Notes under the pieces: model-generated | What the model was told of the DNA's origin: nothing | What the model saw: the letters and a program-made list of their open reading frames with translations, nothing else | The model's database searches: none | In this document: piece by piece, positions 1-6,968 of the stretch | Position numbering within the stretch: the first letter of the stretch is position 1 | How the letters are laid out: every line of letters starts with the position of its first letter | Program-made: the position numbers and the translations under genes | NCBI GenBank assembly: GCA_031372065.1 | Contig: JANMKN010000256.1 | Coordinates: forward strand, 1-10,592 | DNA from: Abditibacteriaceae bacterium | GTDB lineage: Bacteria > Armatimonadota > Abditibacteriia > Abditibacteriales > Abditibacteriaceae | Direction: 5' to 3' | DNA length: 10,592 bases

Positions 1-1544
1 TTCGCCAGCGACGGCGCCGACCAACATTTGCCGCCCAAAATTTGGGTGCGGCTCAACTCTTTAAATCCTTGCGGATTCGCATCGGCAATCACTAATTCGC
101 CGCGTTCGGACAAAATAATCAGCTTATTATCCGAAGCAATCAACGAACCTTTGCCCAAACGTCCTTGCGACCACAATTTGCGGCCCGTTTTGGCGTCCAA
201 ACAGGCCAATTCCGATTCGTCGAAGCCAAAAATGGCGCCATTCAAAATAACCGAGGCATTGAAATGGTTTTTCATATCGCGGTTTTGCCAGACCAACGAA
301 TTGGGCGCGGTGCTTTTCAGCATGGCGCAGCCTGTTCCATAACCGGACGAAATGAAAACGTTATCGCCTTCGATAATCGGAATGGCGGCGTTGACATCGT
401 AGTTGGTTTTCCAGCCGTAACTCCACAAAGTCTTGCCGTTTTTCGTGTCTATGAACTTCACGCCTTCGGCATCGAAGCCCGCCAAATAAGGCGCACCTTT
501 CCACTCGAAAACCTGCAAAGCGGCATAAGACGGATTGGCGCTGCCCGCTTGCCAGAGAACGGCACCGGTTTTTTTGTCAAAGGCCGTGTAGCATTTGTTG
601 GGCGCGCCCGTCATCACGAAAAGCGCGTTGCCATAAACGGCGGGCGTGCTGTTGACGCCCCAACCGGGAATTTGCCCGCCCATTTCGCGGGCAATATTCT
701 TAGACCAGCCCAATTTTCCCGTCGCTGCATCCCACGCATTCAACTGCCCCATTTTGCTGTAGGTATAAACCACGCCATCGTTGACTGTCGGCGTGGCGCT
801 GGGGCCGCCTTCGTGTTGTTTATCCATCAATTCGCAAGGATAAGACATTTTCCAGATGCCTTTTCCGCTTTCGGCATCGAAACAATAAATGGTGTCTTGA
901 TTATTGCTGTTACCCATCGCGTAAGCGCGCCCGTTGGCAATGACAATCGAAGCGAACCCTGCGCCGACATTGGCTTTCCACACCATTTGCGGCTCGCCTT
1001 CTTTGAACCAGCCCGTTTCGCGCGAAATGCCGTCGCGCTTGGGGCCGCGATATTCCGCCCAACCTGCCGCCACACGCCCAACCTGCGGCGCTTGTGCTAA
1101 ACGCGGCGCGGCAGTTTTCTTTTCGGCAGATTTAGGTTGTGTGGTTTTTACCGGCGCATCGGCTTTTGCGTTTTTGCCTGCCTCCACTTTGGCGATTTTC
1201 TGCGGCGCCGCAGAATGCGCTGTTGACAGCTCGGAATAAGTTTTCGTGGTGTCAGGCGCGTTTTTTTCGGTTTTGGTGTCAGATTTGGGCGCCGCAACCG
1301 CGTTTTTCGGCGTTTTTGCGCCGGTTTTGACGATGACTTTGGGCTTTTCCTTGTCAATTGTGACAGTCGGAGCCTCCGGCGCGCCTTGGACAGCGGGCGG
1401 ATTGAACGGCGCACTTTGACCGGGCGCCGCTTCGCCATTGCCCTTGCTCATCATGGCATAGCCGCCCGCTGCGACAACCGTGGCGACCAGCATTACCGAC
1501 AAAAAAACTTTGTTTTTTCCGCTCTTGGGTAAATCTTCAGGCAT
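1..1544 (-). CDS. PQQ-binding-like beta-propeller repeat protein (BamB/PQQ_2-like) with N-terminal membrane anchor; 3' end runs off the window
   Basis: Hand translation from ATG at 1544 (SD AAGGAG = complement of 1551-1556) stays open to base 1, giving 514 codons. It reads MPEDLPKSGKNKVFLSVMLVATVVAAGGYAMM (hydrophobic), then a K/A/P/T-rich linker, then WAEYRGPKRDGIS and repeated Trp-docking blades (CFDAESGKGIW, AWDAATGKLGW, AFDKKTGAVLW, FIDTKNGKTLW, CLDAKTGRKLW), ending ...GKCWSAPSLA. It is missing from the ORF track because it has no stop in the window. Confidence 0.9.
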   Translation of the reverse strand, partial: MPEDLPKSGKNKVFLSVMLVATVVAAGGYAMMSKGNGEAAPGQSAPFNPPAVQGAPEAPTVTIDKEKPKVIVKTGAKTPKNAVAAPKSDTKTEKNAPDTTKTYSELSTAHSAAPQKIAKVEAGKNAKADAPVKTTQPKSAEKKTAAPRLAQAPQVGRVAAGWAEYRGPKRDGISRETGWFKEGEPQMVWKANVGAGFASIVIANGRAYAMGNSNNQDTIYCFDAESGKGIWKMSYPCELMDKQHEGGPSATPTVNDGVVYTYSKMGQLNAWDAATGKLGWSKNIAREMGGQIPGWGVNSTPAVYGNALFVMTGAPNKCYTAFDKKTGAVLWQAGSANPSYAALQVFEWKGAPYLAGFDAEGVKFIDTKNGKTLWSYGWKTNYDVNAAIPIIEGDNVFISSGYGTGCAMLKSTAPNSLVWQNRDMKNHFNASVILNGAIFGFDESELACLDAKTGRKLWSQGRLGKGSLIASDNKLIILSERGELVIADANPQGFKELSRTQILGGKCWSAPSLA

Positions 1545-1663
1545 AATGGACTCCTTATGATAAAGGGTAACAAACTCCGTCTGTTGCCTGTTCCAAAGCC
1601 AATTACCATTAGAACCGGCGTCAACTGCTTTGTTTTTCAAAATCCATAAAAGCTATGTAACGT

Positions 1664-1684
1664 TTTGTTAAAACTCCTAACAAA
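1664..1684. promoter_or_regulatory. Candidate operator: 7-7-7 inverted repeat TTTGTTA-N7-TAACAAA
   Basis: Perfect dyad tttgtta (1664-1670) / taacaaa (1678-1684) in AT-rich DNA about 120-140 bp upstream of the beta-propeller start. Confidence 0.3.
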
Positions 1685-1735
1685 TCACAAATTAAGGCTG
1701 CGAACGGGAACCGGGCAGTTCTTGATGGTAACTGG

Positions 1736-1903
1736 GATCATCTTTTTGCTTATCAGGATCATCTTTTTGACTATCCCGATCATCTTTTTGCTTATCAGGA
1801 TCATCTTTTTGGTCATCCCGATCATCTTTTTGCTTATCAGGATCATCTTTTTGGTCATCCCAATGTTCTTTTTGGTTATCAGGGTCTTCTTTTTGCTTAT
1901 CAG
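1736..1903. repeat. 21-bp tandem repeat, 8 units, alternating A/B (42-bp higher-order period)
   Basis: Units start at 1736, 1757, 1778, 1799, 1820, 1841, 1862 and 1883. A = gatcatctttttgcttatcag (units 1, 3, 5). B = gatcatctttttggtcatccc (units 4, 6; unit 2 is ...gactatccc). Units 7 and 8 are degenerate, and there is a further degenerate unit at 1715-1735. Confidence 0.97.
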
Positions 1904-3603
1904 GATGCTGAAATGCCCTGCTCTATGGGAATGACGAATTGAAAGACGCTGCCTTTGCCGAGTTCGCTTTCGACCCAAATGCGCCCGCCGTGTGCTTCGA
2001 CGGCCATTTTGCAAAAGGTCAGGCCAAGGCCAGTAGACATTTTGCGACCTTCTTTGCGGTTTTCGACTTGTCCAAACTTTTCAAAAATGCGCCCAAACGA
2101 TTCGGCGGGAATGCCTTCGCCGGTATCTATCACGCGGAAAATAAACGCATTAGTGCGCCCCGGACGAATGACGAATTTTGTTTCCACCGTAACGGAGCCG
2201 CCAGAGGGAGTAAATTTAATGGCATTGCCCAATAAATTGGTCAGGGTGCGCATAATTTTGTCTTCGTCGGCGCGCAAAACCGGCAGTGGCTCGTCACCGG
2301 CATTTATCAACGTGATGTTTTTGCTTTTTGCCAGCATGGACACTTGATGCAACGACGTTTGCGCCACTTTATGCGCGTCAAAGTCCATGATTTCCAATTT
2401 CAACTGCCCGGCTTCCATTTTGGAAATGTCCAGCAAATCGTTGATCATGCGCAGCAGCGTTTCGCCGCCGTTCAGCGCCATTTCGAGAAGTTCAGTGTGA
2501 ATTTCTTCCAATTCGCCGATCATTTGCATGGTTTGCAAGCCGCTGATAATCGAAGTCAGCGGCGTGCGCAAATCATGCACGACCATGTGCGTTAGGCTGT
2601 CGCGCAGTTGTTCCAATTCCTGCAAACGCGCGAAATTTTCCTGCACTTGCTGATGAAGGCGCACTTCCTGATCGCGCAGGCGCTTTTTTTCCAGCGAAGC
2701 GCGCACGCGGGCACGCAGCAAAACCGGATTAAACGGCTTCGCCAAATAATCATCGGCGCCGGTTTCGATGCAGCGCACCACGCTGCCGAGTTCATCAAGC
2801 GCCGAAATCATAATCACTGGAATGTGCCGCCATTCGTCATGTTTTTTTAGAATTTCCAGCACTTCGTAACCGTTCAGGCCGGTCATCATAATGTCGAGCA
2901 GAATCAAGTCCGGCGGCGCGATTTTGATTTTTTCGAGCGCCCTTTCGCCGCTTTCGGCCAACGTTACTACGTAGCCTTGTCGCAGCAAGCGGCGCGAAAG
3001 CAGATCGCGATTGGTTTCGTTGTCGTCCACCACCAAAATGCCCGCGCCTGCTCCAGCTTCGTCGGTTTCATCGTGCGAGGCGACATGAGAATCTACAACC
3101 ATCGGTTCCGCAGGTGAACTACTCGACAATGGCGTCATATTTTCGGCATCAAGCTGCCCATTGGCGACTTTCAAAAAGAGAATGCTATCTTCTAATAAAG
3201 AGGCGAATTTTTGCGAGGCGGCGTGGATTTTTTGCAATTCCGGCAACGCTTCGGTCAAGCCCGCGCGCGTGGCATCTTCGAGCAGCATTTCGGCATAGCC
3301 AAGGCAAGTATCCAGCGGGTCGCGCAGTTGCGCGTAAATGCGCGAGGCATACGATTCCAAATCAATATGCGTCGCCGATTCCACGCGCGCCGCATCCAAA
3401 ACTTCGTTGACACGCCCCAACAATTCCTGCCCGGCACGCAGAACTTTTTCGAGTTGCGGCCCGCACGATAAATTGCCGTCAGCAACATCTTCGAGCAGCA
3501 TTTCCGAATAGCCGATGATGCCATTCAGCGGCGTGCGCAAGTCGTGACGCAAATTCGACAGCACTTCGCGCTTGCCTTGGAGAGTTGCTATGTTGGCGGA
3601 CAT
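1900..3603 (-). CDS. Cytoplasmic hybrid histidine kinase: tandem HisKA-like N-terminus - REC - HisKA - HATPase_c
   Basis: 567 aa. N-terminal H-box [18 protein letters not shown]; second copy YAQLRDPLDTCLGYAEML; REC (ILVVDD...LILLDIMM...ISA...KPF); H-box HDLRTPL; N box NLLGNAIKF; G1 DTGEG; G2 GLGL. No TM segment seen. Confidence 0.95.
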   Translation of the reverse strand: MSANIATLQGKREVLSNLRHDLRTPLNGIIGYSEMLLEDVADGNLSCGPQLEKVLRAGQELLGRVNEVLDAARVESATHIDLESYASRIYAQLRDPLDTCLGYAEMLLEDATRAGLTEALPELQKIHAASQKFASLLEDSILFLKVANGQLDAENMTPLSSSSPAEPMVVDSHVASHDETDEAGAGAGILVVDDNETNRDLLSRRLLRQGYVVTLAESGERALEKIKIAPPDLILLDIMMTGLNGYEVLEILKKHDEWRHIPVIMISALDELGSVVRCIETGADDYLAKPFNPVLLRARVRASLEKKRLRDQEVRLHQQVQENFARLQELEQLRDSLTHMVVHDLRTPLTSIISGLQTMQMIGELEEIHTELLEMALNGGETLLRMINDLLDISKMEAGQLKLEIMDFDAHKVAQTSLHQVSMLAKSKNITLINAGDEPLPVLRADEDKIMRTLTNLLGNAIKFTPSGGSVTVETKFVIRPGRTNAFIFRVIDTGEGIPAESFGRIFEKFGQVENRKEGRKMSTGLGLTFCKMAVEAHGGRIWVESELGKGSVFQFVIPIEQGISAS

Positions 3604-3615
3604 GATGATGAAAGC

Positions 3616-3681
3616 TCAGAAGTCAGGGATCAGAAGTCAGGGATCAGAATTTCTGACCACCGACTGCTGCTCACTGCCCAC
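3616..3681. repeat. Heptamer-periodic (STRR-like) repeat with two opposed arms
   Basis: tcagaag tcaggga tcagaag tcaggga tcagaat (3616-3650), followed by an opposed degenerate arm ctgacca ccgactg ctgctca ctgccca. It overlaps the last codons and stop of the response regulator. Confidence 0.85.
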
Positions 3682-4041
3682 ATTAAGCAACTCTTCCATT
3701 TTGCCCAAAAGACGGGGTAGTTCAATCGGTTTGGTATCGTAATCGTCGCAACCGGCTTCCAGAGCCTTTTCGCGATCACCGCTCATAGCGTGCGCGGTAA
3801 GGGCAATGACGGGAATTTTTTGTGTGGCGGCATCGGCTTTGACACGGCGCGTGGCTTCCCAACCGTCAATAATGGGCAGGCTCATGTCCATCAAAATAAT
3901 GTCGGGATTGCACTCGCCCGCCATGCGCACGCCCGCTTCGCCATCGAAGGCCATCACCACTTCGTAGCCTTTGCGCTCCAAGCGGCGCGACAGCATATCG
4001 CGGTTCATTTCGTTGTCTTCGACCAATAAAACTTTGGGCAT
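3637..4041 (-). CDS. Single-domain response regulator (CheY-like receiver, DivK-like)
   Basis: The likely start is ATG at 4041 (MPKVLLVEDNEMNRDML) with SD GAAGGAG at 4047-4053, giving 134 aa. Intact ED, phospho-Asp (ILMDMSLP), T (ALTAHAM) and K (TKP). Confidence 0.95.
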   Translation of the reverse strand: MPKVLLVEDNEMNRDMLSRRLERKGYEVVMAFDGEAGVRMAGECNPDIILMDMSLPIIDGWEATRRVKADAATQKIPVIALTAHAMSGDREKALEAGCDDYDTKPIELPRLLGKMEELLNVGSEQQSVVRNSDP

Positions 4042-4059
4042 TTTGGCTCCTTCGGAGCG

Positions 4060-4165
4060 GTTTTGGGTCTTGGGTTTTAGGTTTTGGTCTTGCAGAAATT
4101 CAAACTTGGCAAGAAGAGTTGTTCCCAAAACCCAAGACCTAAAACCCAAGACCTAATTCCTAACT
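4060..4165. repeat. Heptamer-periodic inverted-repeat element
   Basis: Left arm ttttggg tcttggg ttttagg ttttgg tcttg; right arm cccaaaa cccaaga cctaaaa cccaaga cctaatt cctaact. A perfect 17-bp inverted repeat (4066-4082 / 4137-4153) lies within the arms, which flank a ~30-bp unique core. Confidence 0.9.
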
Positions 4166-6760
4166 CGCTTCTTCCAATTGTCGTGCGGCGGCGGCAGCGA
4201 CATAACGGATTTCCACCATCAAATCGTCGTTGTTGACAGTGCCTTTTTGCACCACGCGCTGCACTTGACGACGCAAGCGCTGACCGTCTTCCAAGCCAAT
4301 ATCCATCGCCGTGATGACGACAATCGGCAGGCTTTTCCATTCATCGCGGGCACGGATGGCGTGAATGAGGGCAAAGCCGTCCATTTCGGGCATTTTCAAA
4401 TCCATGACAATCAGCGCGGGCGTGGAATCTTGCATCAGTTCAAGCGCTTCGCGCCCGTTGGCGGCTTCGAGAACTTCCCATGCGTCGTTTTCCAAAATGC
4501 GGCGCATCATGGAGCGTGTGGTTTCGTCGTCGTCGGCAATTAAAACCCGGTGCGCACCGCGCCGCTCGCCGCCTTTTTCGCGCAACACTTTGCGCACCAC
4601 CGAACTGAGGCGCTTGCGGTTGATGGGCTTGACCAAATGTTCCGCCGCGCCAAAGGCAAAGGCCATGCTTTTTTCTTCGGTAACCGAAAGCATCACGACC
4701 GGAATTTTGGCGAGGTCTTCGGCTTCTTTGAGTTGCTTTAAAACTTCGTAGCCATCTTCGTTATTTTCCAAATGCGTGCTGAGTAAAATCACATCGGGCC
4801 GCAGTTCGCGCGCGATTCTGATTCCCTCCTCGCCATTACCTGACGTAGCGACATCGAAATCTTCTACGATGGCGCGGCGGATGGTTTCGGCGACTTCGGG
4901 GTCTTCGTCCAAAACCAGCAGTTTCAAACTTTGACTTGTGGTTGTCTCTTTTTCAACGAAATTCGCAGCGCGCGCTTTGGGGTCAACAACAGTGCGCGGC
5001 AAACGCAGCGTAAAGGTTGTGCCCTGCCCGACTTCACTTTCCACAATCACATCGCCGCCCATCATTTGGCAAAATTTTCGAGTGATAGCGAGGCCCAAAC
5101 CAGTGCCGCCATATTTCTTTTGTGTGGAGGAATCTGCCTGCGAAAACGCTTGAAACAATTTGCCCAATTGCTCCGGCGTCATACCGATGCCCGTGTCGCT
5201 TACGCTAAACAAAAGCTCGTCGCCTTCGGGCCGCGCGTTGATGGTGATGGTGCCGTTTTCGGTGAATTTGCTGGCGTTGGAAAGCAAATTTACCAGCGAT
5301 TGGCGCACTTTGGTCAAATCGGCGTGCATGGAGCCAATGTCTTCGGCGATTTCGACAGCGAGGCGGTTGTTGTTTTTCGTGATGACCGGCTTTATGATGT
5401 CGGAAACCGTCGTCACCAGCGAACCGGCATCGAACGATTCGAGAAACAAATCCATCTTGCCGGCTTCGATTTTGGATAAGTCCAGCACATCGTTAATCAA
5501 GGCCAAAAGCTGTTTGCCCGCCGTGTTGATCTTTTGCAAATCGGGAATAAAATCGTCTTGTCCGGTGTCTTCGGCTTCTTCTTGCAGCATTTCGCTGTAG
5601 CCGATAATGGCGTTGAGCGGCGTGCGCAGTTCGTGGCTCATGTTCGCCAAAAATTGGCTTTTGGCGCGATTGGCTTCTTCGGCTTCTTCGCGAGCGTGCA
5701 GACTTTGCTCGGCGGCTAAGGCGCGCCCGCGTTCGCTGCGTTCGAGGCCGTCCATCAAAGCGTTGACGGCTTGCCCGACGTGCGAAAGTTCATCATCGCC
5801 TTGCACATCCACGCGCCGCGCAAGGTTTACATTTTCGCTGATGCCACGCACATCAACGGAGAGACGATCTAACCGCGTTAAAACAAGCCGTTCCAAGAGC
5901 AGCGCCGTGATGGCAAGAATCAGAAAACCAGACAGCAGCAAAGCACCGCCAAAAGTGCGGCTGAGTTCGCCACCATTTTGCGAAACTGTGCGCAGAATCG
6001 TCGAATTGACGATCAAAACCGGCTCACCATTGGCGCCGCGCACCAACGAGTAGGCCGCTAAGATTTTTTTATCTAAAGGTCGCACAGCAATGGCGGGCGT
6101 TGCGGCCCTACTTTCAAGTTCATCTTGAATTCCCTTGAGCTTTTCGGAAAGCGAATCGCTTAGGATGTCGGCGCTAAAGGGGAAATCGGAAGCCGCCGCC
6201 AATTGTGCAATCGCTTGTCCGCCGAAATCGCGCCCGGCGACAATCCAGTATTTTCCATTCGCCGAAGGCCGCGCGGTGACAAAAGCCGGGCCATCAGGCA
6301 GTTTCAAAAGGTTGATGCCGCGCACGCCACCGCCCGCATTGATTTTTTTCAAAAGTTGAAGATCGGAAAACGGTTTTGCATGGGCCGGTTTTAGCGGGGC
6401 ACGGCGATTATTCTCATAATTTGCTGACCATAAAACGTGAGCCGACGCATCGGTCACCAGCAAGAATTTCAGATTGAGCAAGGCGCCTTCATTGACGAAG
6501 GTCGGTGGCGGCGAAAACGGCTTCATCGTGCCGGTTGGCAATAGAGTATCAGGCGTTTTCCAGTCGGCCACGTCGTTTTGCAATCGCGTGGCCTGCGCGC
6601 GAATAACAGCAACAGCGCCCGCTACTTTTTCGCGGGCAATGCGTTGTTCCGCATCGTTGAGACTGCGCTGTAAAATGGAAGACGAGCCGAGATGCAGCAA
6701 AACAATCAGCCCGCAAAGCATTCCCGTGATGAGAAGCAACATTTTGCTGCGCAGTGTCAT
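4160..6760 (-). CDS. Membrane hybrid sensor histidine kinase: TM - CHASE4-like sensor - TM - HAMP - HisKA - HATPase_c - pseudo-REC - REC
   Basis: 866 aa. Two hydrophobic segments; HAMP ([24 protein letters not shown]); [39 protein letters not shown]; two C-terminal receiver folds. The CHASE4 call rests on recalled resemblance of the N-terminus (MTLRSKMLL...VADW) and is less certain than the rest. Confidence 0.95.
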   Translation of the reverse strand: MTLRSKMLLLITGMLCGLIVLLHLGSSSILQRSLNDAEQRIAREKVAGAVAVIRAQATRLQNDVADWKTPDTLLPTGTMKPFSPPPTFVNEGALLNLKFLLVTDASAHVLWSANYENNRRAPLKPAHAKPFSDLQLLKKINAGGGVRGINLLKLPDGPAFVTARPSANGKYWIVAGRDFGGQAIAQLAAASDFPFSADILSDSLSEKLKGIQDELESRAATPAIAVRPLDKKILAAYSLVRGANGEPVLIVNSTILRTVSQNGGELSRTFGGALLLSGFLILAITALLLERLVLTRLDRLSVDVRGISENVNLARRVDVQGDDELSHVGQAVNALMDGLERSERGRALAAEQSLHAREEAEEANRAKSQFLANMSHELRTPLNAIIGYSEMLQEEAEDTGQDDFIPDLQKINTAGKQLLALINDVLDLSKIEAGKMDLFLESFDAGSLVTTVSDIIKPVITKNNNRLAVEIAEDIGSMHADLTKVRQSLVNLLSNASKFTENGTITINARPEGDELLFSVSDTGIGMTPEQLGKLFQAFSQADSSTQKKYGGTGLGLAITRKFCQMMGGDVIVESEVGQGTTFTLRLPRTVVDPKARAANFVEKETTTSQSLKLLVLDEDPEVAETIRRAIVEDFDVATSGNGEEGIRIARELRPDVILLSTHLENNEDGYEVLKQLKEAEDLAKIPVVMLSVTEEKSMAFAFGAAEHLVKPINRKRLSSVVRKVLREKGGERRGAHRVLIADDDETTRSMMRRILENDAWEVLEAANGREALELMQDSTPALIVMDLKMPEMDGFALIHAIRARDEWKSLPIVVITAMDIGLEDGQRLRRQVQRVVQKGTVNNDDLMVEIRYVAAAAARQLEEAS

Positions 6761-6790
6761 GGCGGATGAAATAAAAATCGGGTTCGGCGA

Positions 6791-6829
6791 AACGATGCTA
6801 CTTAACGATACTGCTTAACAATGCTTCGT
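6791..6829. promoter_or_regulatory. Three imperfect 13-bp direct repeats in the divergent promoter region
   Basis: aacgatgctactt (6791) / aacgatactgctt (6804) / aacaatgcttcgt (6817), 31-69 bp upstream of the kinase ATG. Confidence 0.4.
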
Positions 6830-6888
6830 GAGGTGTTTCTGCGCTTCAAATCTTACAATGCAAAGCGGGTTTCGGCAAAAGTAGCAAA

Positions 6889-6913
6889 GCGTGAGCATAA
6901 GCGCTCACGCCAC
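6889..6913. repeat. Isolated GC-rich hairpin, possibly a single REP-like palindrome
   Basis: gcgtgagc-ataagc-gctcacgc (8-bp stem, 6889-6910). On the minus strand it begins with a GTGG tail, resembling GTAG/GTGG-type REPs. Confidence 0.5.
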
Positions 6914-6968
6914 TTCTAACACCTGAAGCGCGCCCAAGGTTCTAAACCAGACTATCTGCTGACCTCTC

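Noticed and set aside
165..1100. 311-aa plus-strand ORF and other short ORFs in 28-1438
   Set aside because: Antisense or alternate-frame shadows of the minus-strand beta-propeller gene; no recognisable motifs.
1602..1624. Sigma70-like promoter for the beta-propeller gene (TTGACG on the minus strand at 1619-1624)
   Set aside because: No acceptable -10 hexamer at 16-18 bp spacing.
1736..1903. CRISPR or TIGR-like guide array
   Set aside because: Units are head-to-tail and the variable 8 bp alternate between two recurring variants, so there are no unique spacers. No cas or tas-like gene is in the window.
1736..1903. Plasmid iteron origin
   Set aside because: The period fits, but there is no rep or par gene and the context looks chromosomal.
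4042..4149. 36-aa N-terminal extension of the response regulator in the ORF track
   Set aside because: It is a translation of the heptamer repeat; the ATG at 4041 has a strong SD and begins the receiver fold.
1939..6818. Many plus-strand and alternate-frame ORFs over the signalling operon
   Set aside because: They overlap well-supported genes and lack domain motifs.
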